DNA from: Octopus vulgaris
Lineage: Eukaryota
Direction of reading: 5' to 3'
Assembly: GCA_951406725.2 (NCBI GenBank)
Contig: OX597815.1
Location: forward strand, 111,910,001 to 111,974,000
DNA: 64,000 nucleotides
Shown here: positions 40,482 through 56,250 of the stretch, one piece after another
Numbering within the stretch: the stretch's first letter is position 1
How the letters are laid out: every line of letters starts with the position of its first letter
Notes under the pieces: model-generated
What the model was told of the DNA's origin: nothing
The model's database searches: none
Seen by the model: the letters and a program-made list of their open reading frames with translations, nothing else
Translations under genes and position numbers: made by a program

Positions 40482-43400
40482 AATATTAGGGAATAAATCC
40501 AAATTTACAAGGAAAAAATCAGATTTAAGATTGAATCCAATTTTATAATAAAATATTATATTATAATAAATTAGAGACAAAACCACTATTATGCAAATCA
40601 AACAAAGAAAGACTTAATCCAATACATAAAATAATTTATATAAATTAAAATTTAACAAATGAATAACCACTACGATCGTTTCGTGTCAGCACATCTTAGA
40701 CATTCTTCAGGTGGTTTCTAAACCTAAAATATAAAATATAATCAAATTTTTTTCGATATAAATTTCTATATAATCTAAATAAACTCTATTATTAAATATG
40801 ATTATATCGAAATCGACTATAATGTTAAATATTAACTTTAATTTATAAGGTAGAAAATCCATATGCTAATATCCATTTTAGTCTATATCTACTTATATAG
40901 ATATTTGAAATAACTGATATATATAAATTATCAATGAAAATATATATAAATATTATAATCAAGATCTAAAATAGACTCTATAAACGATTGTATATAATGA
41001 AAACCTAATATATTTAATTTCTCATATTTAAAGATGAAATAGCTAATTTCAAAAAACAAAAAATATATATATACACACAAGCTCATGCACCTATATACAT
41101 GTATGTATATAAACACATCCAAATACGCACACAAACTCACACACATACATATACATCTACACACACACATAAACATATAGACACAGATATATCCATAATG
41201 CAGCCCTACACCTCTACACATCACCTATTCATACTCACACACACACACATACAATCACTCATTCATAAACATATACTCTCAACAGGACACTAACACAGAG
41301 GAGAAATAACATCCAGTATCCGCAGATACTCAACCACATACTTATAGAAATATCTCATTCTTAGTAAAATAGTATTAAATACCATATTCTATATATATGT
41401 AATAAACATATATAAATACGTAAACAAACACACACACACATATATATCTATACATACACAAATTTAGTAAAATAGTATTAAATACTATATACTATATGTA
41501 TATAACATATATAAACACGTAAACAAACACACACACACACATAACTATACATACACAAACACATACAGACACGGACATGTTCTAAATGCAGCCCTATACC
41601 TCTACACATCAATTATGCACACCCGCACACACACACATACAATCACTAATACATAAACGTATGTACACTGCAATACACTAACACATAGAAGAAATAACAT
41701 CAATAGCCACATATACACAACCACAAACTTATAAGAATATTCCTTTCTCAGTAATATAGTATTAAAAAATACTATAAGTACTAATCAAATTATGAATGAG
41801 AAAAATTATCTAATATAAATTATGCTATTATATTAGACATGGCCTAAACCATCTTAATTCGAAACCTATCTATTTATCAAAATTTATCTAAATTATTTAA
41901 TAACTAATAACATATAAAATTACGATAAATAGATCATTACAGAAACAGCAAGATTAACATAAGGAGAATATTATTACTCATAAGGCTAATACAATATTAA
42001 CAATTTGGAGATCAAAAAAAACTTACCTTCTTAGCGAGTAATAAACTATGAAGTAATTTGAATCACAATACATCTTAAACAGCGTTTAAGAAATTACGTT
42101 ATAAACAGAAAAATAGAATAAAATATTGAATTCTTTGCGCGTGAAGAACCAACGTTATTAAAGATTATGAATGGAATATTATATGTTTATCATTGTAAAA
42201 GGAATGAATTCACAAAAGAATAAAATCTCTCTATACTATAGTATTCAATAATAAATAAAACAACCATTATAAACGAAACCCATCTAATGATCAAAAACCA
42301 CCCATTACCAAATACACAAAAACAAACCTATATAACAATCCCCCACATATCATAAATCACCTCCCACACCCCCCATCACATACAAACTAGTACTCATAAC
42401 AAATACATCCATACCAATTAAAAATTCACAGTACAACAACACACACGTACACACAATTATACAAGAAAACATCCAAACATATACATGCACATACACACAT
42501 ACACACACACACACATACACGCACAAACACGCATATACACACACATATGTACACACACACCCACACCCATACACATATACACACTCATACATACATATAC
42601 GTTTATGAATGAGTGATTGTACTCGCGCGCGTGCGAGCATGCACAAGCAATGTGCAGAAGTATAGGATGCACTATAAACATATCCGCGTCTACATGTACC
42701 CATGCATATACAGATACAATATGTGTGTGTGGATCCGTAACGCATTTAGATATGCTTATATACAATCAAATATATTATACTATAATATTTATTAATGGCT
42801 ATGATGGGTGAAAATTGATACGGGGTGAATTGGATGAATAGGAGCCACTTGTTGAATGTATAGGGGTGGATTAGTGTGGGTAACCCCCTACATATTGTGA
42901 ATGTTTCCAATACCTTAGTATCATAGTTTGGGATTGGTGTTCATGGCAGATCTATCTATGCTGGTTGGGGATTGTGTTGTAGCCATGCATACATATATAT
43001 GTGATTGTATGTGTGTGTGTATGAGTATGAATAGGTGATGTGTAGAGGTGTAGGGCTGCATTATGGATATATCTGTGTCTATATGTTTATGTGTGTGTGT
43101 AGATGTATATGTGTGAGTTTGTGTGCGTATTTGGATGTGTTTATATACATACATGTATATAGGTGCATGAGCTTGTGTGTATATATATATATTTTTTGTT
43201 TTTTGAAATTAGCTATTTCATCTTTAAATATGAGAAATTAAATATATTAGGTTTTCATTATATACAATCGTTTATAGAGTCCATTTTAGATCTTGATTAT
43301 AATATTTATATATATTTTCATTGATAATTTATATATATTAGTTATTTCAAATATCTATATAAGTAGATATAGGCTAAAATGGATATTAGCATATGGATTT

Positions 43401-43700
43401 TCTACCTTATAAATTAAAGTTAATATTTAACATTATAGTCGATTTCGATATAATCATATTTAATAATAGAGTTTATTTAGATTATATAGATATTTATATC
43501 GAAAAAATTTTGACTATATTTTATATTTTAGGTTTAGAAACCACCTGAATAATGTCTAAGATGTGCTGACACGAAACGATCGTAGTGGTTATTCATTTGT
43601 TAAATTTTAATTTATATAAATTATTTTATGTATTGGATTAAGTCTTTCTTTGTTTGATTTGCATAATAGTGGTTTTGTCTCTAATTTATTATAATATATA
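40480..43700. mobile_element. Non-autonomous PLE-like element with ~690-bp inverted arms and divergent HHRs, bounded by (TA)n
   Basis: ~40560-41255 is the reverse complement of ~43000-43695. Confidence 0.75.
40665..40716 (-). ncRNA. Type I HHR (the twin at 43539-43590 on + has G8 mutated)
   Basis: aaccac-CUGAAGA-A-UGUC(11 nt)GACA-C-GAAA-CGAUCG-UA-gugguu. Confidence 0.75.
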
Positions 43701-43711
43701 TATATATATAA

Positions 43712-44273
43712 TGAATATCAAAGTGAGTTATATACAGTAGCGGTAACACATCGTGACGTATATTTGCCATTTCAATATGGCTACCCCTAGGGGTGGATGC
43801 TACTGTAGTTTTTAGCCCCAGGAGGACACACTCCTCCAGCTGGCATAGACACACTTTCTGTGTCCTGTCAGTATTTGCAAAGGGAAGTCATCCTTCCCGT
43901 CTTCAACTTATGATACACACGGACTCGAGTTTCGAGGTATTGACCTCTCGTCAGCGTGTGACAATCACAGTTTTCGGCGAGAATTAGATTTCCTTCACAA
44001 ATACTTATACTTTTTCCAGCGTCCACTGTCGCTGATATTGAAAAAGTGAAATCAAACAATGATAAATATCAAAGTGAGTTATATACAGTAGCGCTAACAC
44101 ATTGTGACGTATATTTGCCATTTCAATATTGGCTACCCCTAAGGGTGGATGCTACTGTAGTTTTTAGCCCCAGGAGGACACACTCCTCCAGCTGGCCATA
44201 GACACACTTTCTGTGTCCTGTCAGTATTTACAAAGGGAAGTCATCCTTCCCGTCTTCAACTTATGATACACAC
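43712..44273 (-). repeat. ~1.6 units of a 351-353-bp tandem repeat, second retrozyme-like family
   Basis: aatatcaaagtgagttatatacagtag recurs at 43714 and 44065. Shares ordered motifs with the 359-bp unit. Confidence 0.85.
43916..43960 (-). ncRNA. Canonical type I HHR
   Basis: cacacg-CUGACGA-GAGG(ucaaua)CCUC-GAAA-CUCGAG-UC-cgugug. Confidence 0.9.
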
Positions 44274-44290
44274 TTCAACTTATGATATCT

Positions 44291-44880
44291 ATAAAACTCT
44301 GAGTTTCAGATGCCGAAGTGGAAATCCACAACACCATCTCTTCGGTTATCTGGCTATTTGAAAACGCTATGAAAAAATATCGTTAAATAAAGGGAAATTA
44401 CTGTGTTATAACTCTGCTTGCCTGCGTACTTATACATCGCTCGCATTTTTCGTCATAAAATTATATAAAATACATAAAAAATATATAAAAATATATAAAT
44501 TCTTCTTGGGACATAACATAGAAAACAGATAGAACATGCTTTCTATGTTATGTCCCAAGAAGAATTTATATATTTTTATATATTTTTTATGTATTTTATA
44601 TAATTTTTATGACGAAAAATGCGAGCGATGTATAAGTACGCAGGCAAGCAGAGTTATAACACAGTAATTTCCCTTTATTTAACGGTATTTTTTCATAGTG
44701 TTTTCAAATAGCCAGATAACCGAAGAGATGGTGTTGTGGATTTCCACTTCGGCATCTGAAACTCAGAGTTTTATCTTGACTACCGAGTAAAGTAACATAT
44801 TATTGTATAGATAAATTTCCTCTATTTACATAATATTGAGGTCGCTTTCTTTCTTTTGTTATCTTACCGTTTTATCAATA
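44291..44880. mobile_element. Near-perfect palindrome (arms 44291-44524 and 44540-44774, 15-nt spacer) with divergent HHRs, PLE-terminus-like
   Basis: Arms are reverse complements with few mismatches, and the right end runs into (TA)n. Confidence 0.8.
44714..44776 (+). ncRNA. Type I HHR with U4C core (twin at 44291-44351 on minus)
   Basis: agauaa-CCGAAGA-GAUG..GUGGA(uu)UCCAC..CAUC-U-GAAA-CUCAGAG-UU-uuaucu. Confidence 0.7.
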
Positions 44881-44940
44881 TATATATATATATAAGAATT
44901 TTTTAGGCTGTATAGATATTAGAGCATTTATAGATAAAAG

Positions 44941-44992
44941 GTCTTACAGCTGTTTCGAGGATATTAATTAATAATATCCCTTCATCGGAGAC
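44941..44992 (-). ncRNA. Type I HHR with U4C core
   Basis: gucu-CCGAUGA-A-GGGAUAUUA(uuaau)UAAUAUCCU-C-GAAA-CAGCUG-UA-agac. Confidence 0.75.
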
Positions 44993-45606
44993 GGTGTGAG
45001 AGGAAAATTGAGCCATGATTAGTTTAGATGTGATACAAAATAGGGAGTGAGGTGGAGGAAGGAAAATAAATGTAAGATATGTATGGGTATTGAAGTTGTA
45101 AATCCGTTTTATAGGCATCATGGTATATATGCAATATTTCAATATCCTTTGAGTAAAATCCAAAAGTTCAACAAAGTTTAATATGAGTTCTTCCAAATAT
45201 AAGCAATGTAAGATTCCCTTATGAGTGAGATCCAGCAGGGAATTTATATACAGTGATGCAGAGTCGAAGGTTTGTATTTGAAATGTATTGGTCATTTTAA
45301 ATACAAATATTTGACTCAGACAATTTGACATATATTGAAATATATTGATTTATAATTCTTAAATCATATCATTTTAACAATTTTCTAGGAAATGCTAACG
45401 CATTTGAACATTCTCACAATGCGCAACATATCAGGAAACTATTTTTATAGGGTTTTAGAGGAACAGAATAAAAAAAAACTAAAAAAAAACCTCATACTTT
45501 GCATTGTGAAGGAATTTTGTTGAACATTCGAAAACTGATATCGCTAACTTTATTTTTATCATTTTTCAACAAAAAATGTTGTTATGAATCCCTATATAAT
45601 TATTTG

Positions 45607-45649
<43 letters not shown>

Positions 45650-46285
45650 AATATCAACGCAATTTTTTCCCCTTCCTCCCTTATTTTTCTTTTTCTTTTT
45701 TTGTCTCTCTCCCTCAACACAAACACACACACGGACACACACACACAAACACACACACACACCTCCACAAAACGATCATAAAAAGTGTAAAGAATTCTTA
45801 AACCCAAAAAAGCATTTGACCATTCTCACAATGATAAAAGGAAATATAATTTATAGCCTACCTCCCCGCCACCACACACTCAGTGACACGGTGAAGTGGT
45901 CAAAACTGAAATTATTAGAGCCCCCTTGGAGTCAATATTCTGTCCAGCAGACCAAAAAAATTATTTCCATCTTCTTCCCTCTCCCTTCCCCTCTTTCTCT
46001 TTAGCACACCTCATATACAAACACACACACACACATACACATACACATACACACATGTTCTCTCTCTCACTTTCTCCTAATCCACCTCACCCTCTTGTAC
46101 TGTCTTATATTCCTCCCCACCACTACGAAACCCCTATAAAATGATTAAAATTCCCCACAAAGGAACTTTGAGAATGGGAGAAAGCGCTAATGATCTAAGT
46201 GATATGATATACATATATAAAAAATGTAATATATAAATAAATGTCTGTAAATATAAACCGTCCGATCTTCTGATTACCTCATTTC

Positions 46286-46407
<122 letters not shown>

Positions 46408-46631
46408 TATATAAAATGACATACGAAACTACATGAAAATCATACACGAGACAGTGGCATGCACCCTCCCGATCGGTTATCGGTTAAACATCGTAATTTC
46501 ATCTCATTATCGATAAGATATTCCATTTTGGTGGCGTTGGCAATAAAGTGCAACTCGGATGAGTGAGTGAACATAACAAACAATAAAAGATAAGATAGGA
46601 ACAAAACAATGGAAAATCACACAGCTAATTC

Positions 46632-46664
<33 letters not shown>

Positions 46665-48065
46665 AAGAGACCTTTTGGCTGGGAGACAGCATTAAATCAG
46701 GACATGTGTACAACAGACCTGGAAAAGGAATGAGGTGAGACAGAAAGAAATGCGGGGAAACAGAAGAGATAGATAGATAGAAAGATAAAATGAAAGAGGA
46801 AAATATAAGATGAACCTGGAGTTAAAGTAAGAGCTAAGGCGAGATTTCAATAGAGCATTACTGGAAATGTCTAGCGGTCAAGAAAAGAAGGGTAGAGAAA
46901 GGAAGAATTGAAGTAGTGGGAAAGAACCGAAAATGGAGAAGGTTGAGAGAGAGACAGCAGATAGTGAAGGGCAGAGAGAAAGACAGAGAGTGGTCGGGAG
47001 GACAGGGACCTGGAATGCGGAGAAAGAAATATCAAAAAGTAAAGAGAGAAATGAGACACAGAAAAAAGGAAATGAAGATAGACGTTGAAAGGTTTATAAA
47101 GAGAAACAGAAGTTAAAAAGGAAGAGTACTCAGAACAAATGAGAAGTATAGAAAATGGTAAATTGATAGGGATAGACGGAAAAAGTAACAGAGATATAAG
47201 CTGATAAGAGAGGCAAGATATGCAAAAAAGAGAGGGGGAAAGGAGAGGGGGAAGGGAGAGGTAACAGAAAGGGAGACAGAGAAAAAGTGAAAGGGAAGAG
47301 AGATAGAGTGGGAGAGAGAGAGAGAAAAAGAGAAAGGGATTTAGAGGCTGGAACAAATATAATCCGTAGTATGAGATTTCACTTAGCGTGTCAACGTAAA
47401 GAATGATGCGTGATGTTACATTGAATAAAAAGTCAAAATATTGCCTTTGCGTATACACACATGCACAAACAAACAGTAGAAATTTCATGTACAAACAAAC
47501 GCACAATTGTAACTGTTATGTACAGAGCACTTTGATTCTAATCCTAGTCTCGAACATAACCTACCCCTCTAGAAATAGGGAACGTGCATAACAAACAATG
47601 CACGGAACAAGTCCACAGGCCTAATCCTAAGTCCAGGAGAAGACATGATAGATATTCCCCGTGATGAATATGTATCCCCGGATATCCTGCAGGAACTTGA
47701 ATATTTTTCCCTCATAATTACATAGTTGAAGTGGAAGGAGAAATATACTTCGGTGCACAGCCTCACCCTTTAAACGTTAAGGGATTATCTAAGCACTTCT
47801 TTGGTATTGATAAATCAAATTTTCCACAGCCGCACCACTCAATATTTAGCTTATCCAATCTTAAATTATCTTATTCGGTTACACCTAACAATGGATCATT
47901 GAGAGCTGCATCAAATACGCAGAAATTAATAGATATAATTTGAAAAACGATGACAAATGAAAAAATAACAACGACAATACCCCACCAAAACCATCACCAC
48001 CAACAACAATAACAACAATGGCAATAATAATAATAATAATGATGATCATGATGATGATGATCATC

Positions 48066-48114
<49 letters not shown>

Positions 48115-48224
48115 GCAATAACTGCATGATAATCGGCATAGCATGCCCAGGTGACTACAGGATGCACAATGGTCGACATAGCATAACCCGCTGACAACAG
48201 GATCAATGTGTAAGGAGAAGACAA

Positions 48225-48528
48225 AATAAACAACTAAGACGATTTGAAGTGGGAAATACGATAGGTCAATTAGGGGAGTAGACGTGATACCAATAGTAAT
48301 TGGTGCACTTGTAAGTATCAGCAATCAACTACCAAAATGGCGATAAAAAATTGGTGCAAGTGTGAAAGTAGAACACCAACAAAAATCAACATTGCTTAGA
48401 ACTGCAAGAATTCTTCGCAGGGTGCTTGAAGCATGACCAGTAAACAAGTGTCACCTTAGTCTGCTGGCTGTGGACGTCTAACACTTTCCATCATACGCAG
48501 CAAAATAAGCTGAGTTTTAGTCACATAC
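48225..48528 (+). mobile_element. Diverged RLE LINE 3' end
   Basis: VDVIPIVIGAL..QKSTLLRTARILRRVL followed by (TAA)n. Confidence 0.7.
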
Positions 48529-49580
<1,052 letters not shown>

Positions 49581-49604
49581 TAATGATGATGATGATGATG
49601 TGCA

Positions 49605-49765
49605 TTAGAAACTATCCCTAAACATTTGAATAGAGTGTTAAAGGAAATAGGCATAAGACCAAGTTAATTACAACTCCAGAAAACAGATTTATTAGGGGCA
49701 GCTAGGAAGAATACTTACAAAGGTTTTTGACATCTAAGGTTACGTGTAGCCCGATGTTAGGAATA
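49605..49765 (+). mobile_element. Third diverged RLE LINE 3' end
   Basis: ALETIPKHLNRVLKEIG..LQKTDLLGAA followed by a TAA-rich tail. Confidence 0.55.
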
Positions 49766-50856
49766 ATAATGATAATAATAATCCTTACTCCAACAACAAT
49801 ATCAGGTGGACTAGAATAGCCAACTCTCAAGAGATTGTGACATCTAGTACCTCTATCACCAATTCTTCTAATATGGCTTATCCTAACAATAATAGCGTTT
49901 GTAATAATGACAACACCCTCGAATATAGCATATAGGAGGAGGATGACTCTGATGGATCCAAATGTATCCAGTATATAGATATTATAGATTTGTTAGTAAA
50001 GTAATAATATCACACATAATAAAAATAATTCTATCACACATAACAAAAAGAATTCTAAATCAAGCGGTTCCAACTGCAACTCAAAATACATGCTAATTCT
50101 CCATTGCAAGCTAACTGTAGAAGATTCAGAGCCGTTTGTAGGTGTACGATCTCTTACAAACAACTAAACCCTGTCTAAGTTTACATTGGAGAAACCGTTA
50201 ATTTTAAACTCAGCCCACCTGAGTCTTTTAATTCCGACGAACACCATAAATCTACTTTATCAGATGACCATATATATAAACTTAAGTACAAATGTATACC
50301 ATATCATATGATTTGGTCTGCTGCTGATACTGGTCCTCCATATCAGAGTCAAAATGTTCCGTGTTGGTATGTTTCAAAGAATCTATACAAATACTATCGC
50401 ACAACCCAGCACAATTATTAAACAAAGACCACAAAGAACACAAGCTTTTCTCCTTTTTGTGTTCAGCGATTCGATTTGACCACAATACTACTTTTTATAT
50501 TTGGAGCCACATATAAGCATGTTGGTGTTTGTACTGATTTCATTTACTTATCAACACTTTAGCTCAAGTTTCCCCAAAATGTTTGCACCAACGCCCGCTT
50601 TCACATGGAAAAATTTTTCAATCCACCTGTATCTACCTGTATAACATACTTAAATCTTCTTTCCTTTTCTTTTTTTGGGGGGCGGGATCATATTTTGAAG
50701 CAATCGGAGAAGTGTGTAGGGGATGTTTTGCAAAACGGACAGCAGAGTTGTATCTTGACAACCATCGTTTTTTATCATGTAACGAAGCCTGACATAGATA
50801 TCATTATCGAGGCACAGCTGACGGAAAATTTGTTCAGACCAAGAATTCGATTTTAG

Positions 50857-51040
50857 TCTCTTTTACTCTTTTATTTGTTTCAGTCTTATTGACAGGGGTC
50901 ATGCTGGAGCACCGCCTTTAGTCGAGCAAATCAACCCCAGGATTTATTCTATCGTTCTCTTTTGCCGAACAGCTAAGTTACGGGGACGTAAACACTCCAG
51001 CATCGGTTGTCAAGCGATGTTGGGGACACACACACATAAA

Positions 51041-51126
<86 letters not shown>

Positions 51127-51250
51127 TATATACATATATATATATACGACGGGCTTCTTTCAGTTTCTGTCTACCAAATCCACTCACAAAGCTTCGGTCG
51201 GCCCGAGGCTATAGTAGAAGACACTTGCCCAAGTTGCCACACAGTGAACT
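50857..51250 (-). mobile_element. SINE with an internal CA/TA microsatellite
   Basis: gacgggcttctttcagtt..ggcccgaggctatagtagaagacacttgccc, the reverse of the copy at 62700-63050. Confidence 0.75.
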
Positions 51251-52225
51251 AGTAAAGGAGGATGCTAAAGTTCAAGTTTTAAGAAACCTCTGTATCTACC
51301 AGTCATTTATCAGGCGCAGAGGCAACAGTATTTTTCGATGGGGTGTTAATCTCATTAAAATACCTTCAATAAATCTAAAATATATGTACCTTTTGACCCA
51401 GGACACAAATGATAAGTGAGAATTATTTCCTGGAAAGGTTGAATATTTTCATTAAAACAAAATTAACATGTATCAGCATTAAGCACTGTTTTCCCGTAAA
51501 TGCTGTTTCGTCAACTTGTATGGAAAATTCAGAACTCTGGAGATTATGGTGTTCATTTGATCTATACGGTGAGAAATTGTGTTATTATTTTAGTGGAATT
51601 TTCTTGATAAATGCATCAGGCTTGTTATGCATTATATTTGAAAGAATATCTTTAATAACAAGCGAATGTAATTTTTTCATTTAGTGTAGGACTTACTGGC
51701 CTTTTCAATCAGCAATCTTGTACGACAAAATCATGCCATTATCTTGCCGTACAGTTGCTTTCTAAAGTTCCGAGATCAGCGAATTCCGCTTTTAGAATGA
51801 AGTCGTAAAGCGGGAAAATATGACAAAAGATTTCTTGCTGGTCATGGTACTTAGAATAACCTCTATGACTTTAATACTTAAAGTGTGATTGCACTTAATA
51901 CACACAGGTAATTGATGTCTGATGAAACTGACAACAGAGTTGTATTTTGACAACCATCGTTTTTTAGCATGTAACAAAGCCTGGCATAGTTATTATCGAG
52001 GCACAGTTGATGTATTGGTTTTGGCACAAAACCTTCTCTTATAAAATACACACTTACAGGAGGTTCATGTATGAAGTTGATCTTTTTCCTACATCAATTA
52101 TTACATATTTATCTCTTATAAAAATACACCCATATAGGAGGAGTAATTTATATAATAAAATTTGGAATGTGGCTCCTGAGAAACTGTAAAAGTAATTATC
52201 CGGTCAATGACATACATTACTGCTA

Positions 52226-52282
<57 letters not shown>

Positions 52283-52285
<3 letters not shown>

Positions 52286-53080
52286 GATAAGAAAATGGAG
52301 AAATCCATCTAAATCAAATATCAATTACCAGATGATATTCAATCACATACTTTATTAAACCACCACATAAGAGACTGTAGGGTTAAACATAAAAAAGCAG
52401 AACAAATCAGTGTACATAAAGGAGTGTACATAAAAAAGTGTACATTAAAGAGTAATGTTGTATAATAAGTAGAATACATATAAAAAAGAGAATATAGATA
52501 TAAGTAAATATAAATATAAGTAAAGATTACATCTTACAGTTGTTTCGGCCATGTAGATAAGAATGTCTCCTTTTACCAATATTAGCCTTTTATGGTAGGT
52601 CAATATATAGATATAAATGAGACATTTACAAAAATATCACAAGGCCTCCTCGGAGATATACATATACATATGAGTGCATATACTCACACTCCTATACATA
52701 TAAAAATATACATATACATAATAGTGTAAATAAATAATATAAATTAGTAAACATATATACGTTCCATATTCAATGTTTCAGTTCTTCAACTTAATATTGT
52801 GATAATAAACATACACATATTAGTACCTAGATGCAAATATACATAGTCAATAGTACATTATATCACTTCCTATTAATTTCCAAAGTGATATTAAAGTTAG
52901 CATCATTACCGTTGTCAATACCATAAATGCTACCATTATTCTGTCTGTGCGGGGGCGTGCATGCACATGTATGTGCATGTGCGTGCATTTCGGCGTATCC
53001 ACTTATATTTACTATATTAGGTTTATCTTTGTGCTCTTCTTAATTTGTATTACATTTTATTTATCTATTTATCTATACAT

Positions 53081-53128
<48 letters not shown>

Positions 53129-54800
53129 TATTTTTGTCTATTTGGCTCTTGCTAACTTATAATCAATTAAATCTAATTTATAATTAATGAACTTATATCT
53201 AAGTTAATAATAATTTCTGTTTACTTTTTGTGTATGTATATATACATCTTTGGATGGGCAGACATATATTTTAATTTATGATTTAGTGGATGTACGTTGA
53301 GGTGTCGAGGTGTGTGAAAATGTGTATGTGTACGTATGTATGTTTTTGTACGTATAGGTATGTTCGTGGGTGGATGTACGTATGTATGTTTTTCTTATAC
53401 ATTTGAGTACGCAGGTGCGTATTTGGATATGTATATATGTATATGCAAATATTTATTCATGGCTGGATATAAGTATAGGTTTTATTTGTACGTATGAGTG
53501 CGCAGACATATATTTAAATATGTATATATGTGTGTGCGAATGTTCCCTGATATAGTATATGAGAGTGTATTAATATTGAGTATTATTAGAGTATATGCGG
53601 ATGTGCGTGTGAGTGTGTGTGTTAATGTATAGACACTGCTGCCTGTACTGATTTGTCTATAAGCCATGCGATGACAGACATGCGCTCTGCAATCTAGTGA
53701 ATGTGTTGAGTTGTGTCGGGGTGTATTCATGTGTGTGTGCATGTGTGTGTGGGTATTTATGTCGACGTGTGGGTTTAGGGTTGGATGTGGATGTGTAAGC
53801 TTTTCTTGTGCGGTGTAGTGGAGGTCGGGCGGCTCTCAACGGACCAACCATGATGAAGACAATGATAATTTAAATTCAAATCCAATAGTGTATTTATGTC
53901 ATAAAGAAAATTACTAACTGGAACCCGGACATACATATGTGCCAATTTGGATCCTAATGTAAGCGTTATTAATGATATTATGAATGATAATAATGGTAGC
54001 ATTAATGGTATTGACAACGATAATGATGCTAACTTTAATATCACTTTGGAAATTAATAGGAAGTAATATAATGTACTATTGACTATGTATATTTGCATCT
54101 AGGTACTAATATGTGTATGTTTATTATCACAATATTAAGTTGAAGAACTGAAACATTGAATATGGAACGTATATATGTTACTAATTTATATTATTTATTT
54201 ACACTATTATGTATATGTATATTTTTATATGTATAGGAGTGTGAGTATATGCACTCATATGTATATGTATATCTCCGAGGAGGCCTTGTGATATTTTTGT
54301 AAATGTCTCATTTATATCTATATATTGACCTACCATAAAAGGCTAATATTGGTAAAATGAGACATACTTATCTACATGGCCGAAACAGCTGTAAGATGTA
54401 ATCTTTACTTATATTTATGTTTACTTATATCTATATTCTCTTTTTTATATATATTCTACTTATTATACAACATTACTCTTTTATGTACACTTTTTTATGT
54501 ACATTCTTTTATGTACACTGATTTGTTCTGCTTTTTTATTTTTAACCCTACAGTCTCTTATGTGGTGGTTTAATAAAGTATGTGATTGAGTATTATCTGG
54601 TAATTGATATTTGATTTAGATGGATTTCTTCATTTTCTTATCTTGTATTAGTAATTTGTGGTAACTCATTTTACCTTTGCACATATAATACAGTAAATGA
54701 ATTGATTGCATCGCAATCCTTAACATTTACGTATTAACTTTGTTGGGTACTTCACTAGCAGTATATTGGATATATGTTATCCCATGGGGGGTTGCATTTA
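52283..54800. mobile_element. Non-autonomous PLE-like element with ~650-bp inverted arms and divergent long-stem-II HHRs, bounded by (TA)n
   Basis: ~52285-52940 is the reverse complement of ~53988-54645. Confidence 0.75.
54269..54399 (+). ncRNA. Type I HHR with U4C core and ~100-nt stem II (twin at 52529-52659 on minus)
   Basis: auaucu-CCGAGGA-GGCC..augucucauuu..aaaugagacau..GGCC-GAAA-CAGCUG-UA-agaugu. Confidence 0.7.
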
Positions 54801-54814
54801 CAACCACTATCTCA

Positions 54815-54866
<52 letters not shown>

Positions 54867-54880
54867 GTGTGTGTGTGTGT

Positions 54881-55185
54881 GGAGGCGCAATGGCCTAGTG
54901 GTTAGGGCAGCGCACTGGCGGTCGTAGGATCGCGGTTTCGATTCCCAGACCTGGCGTTGTGAGTGTTTATTGGGCGAAAACACCCAAAAGCTCCACGAGG
55001 CTCCGGCAGGGGGTGGTAATCCCTGCTATACTCTTTCACCACTCTTTCTCCCACTCTTTCTTCTGTCGGCCTGCTCTCTTAGCCAGCGGGGTGGCGTTAT
55101 TCGTAGGCTAAAACAATGCGAACGCATTGTTACCAGCGATGTGTAACTACATCTGATGGTCTGGTCGGTCACGTGATCACGTGAT
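54881..55185 (+). mobile_element. tRNA-derived SINE
   Basis: A box tggcctagtgg and B-box-like ggtttcgattccc, followed by a non-tRNA body. Confidence 0.75.
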
Positions 55186-55230
55186 ATATATATACTTACA
55201 TATAAGAGACAAAAGTGTACGTGCGCCGCT

Positions 55231-55271
<41 letters not shown>

Positions 55272-56131
55272 AAAGATACAAAATGGGACAAGAACGGAAA
55301 ACATCCAGACAGCCTACGTAGACTTTGGTCTCTGATATGTAAGTATATATTTATCTAAATATTGTATGACTCTATTCTCTTATTCTTTTATTCTTTCCTT
55401 CTTCTATCAGTCATTTCACGCTTATTTCGTTCATTCCACTCTTCGTTCTTTCGTTACCCCTCTCTCACATTTCATTGCTTTCTATTCATGCTCATTTTTT
55501 TTACTCTTTTCACTTCACTGTGTTCCTGTTATTTTTTACGCCCCTCTTTATTTCTTCTGTCCATCTGCCTGTACCTCTCTCTCTTCTCTCCCCACGTGAC
55601 CGGTGTTCGGCCAAGCCTGACCTTTCTTGGGTTGGCTGTTGTCCGTGCAACATCTATATTCTTCCCTGTGCCTGTGAAGCCTTGTACCCCTGCCGTAAGG
55701 CACACCAACTTAATTTAATTCGCCCTTAGTCGAAAGACACCTGTTGTTATATCCTGTTATTTGTATTTGTGTAACTTTCTCCGTTTTCTTCGTCCTTGTT
55801 TTCATATACATTCGCCGTTTTTTCCAAGGAATATGATGCTCTTAGCTTAGTTTTTCCTTGGGGTTACCCAGATTGGAGCGATTTCGAGTATAACCAGCTG
55901 AAATTGCAAAGATAATCTGGAACTCGACTGGGGAAAGAAAACTCCGCATGACCCGTCGTTGTTTTCTTTGTATCGTCTATCTGGATGTTTTGTTGTCCCT
56001 TTCTTGTATCACCTAACTGTTCTGTATTTTGCGTTCTTGACCCATTTTGTATATATATAGCAGCGTACGTACATTGTTGTCTCTTATATGTAAGTATAAA
56101 TATATATATATATATATAAATATATATAGAA

Positions 56132-56197
<66 letters not shown>

Positions 56198-56219
56198 TAG
56201 CAGTAATTACTAATTACCA

Positions 56220-56250
<31 letters not shown>

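Noticed and set aside
51680-52010. Possible hAT transposase N-terminal fragment (KRWLSKY..LPVCIKC), with an ~80-bp duplicate at 50740-50820
   Set aside because: Similarity is too weak to support without a search.
54881-54955. tRNA gene
   Set aside because: It continues into a SINE body with no clean acceptor stem or poly-T terminator.
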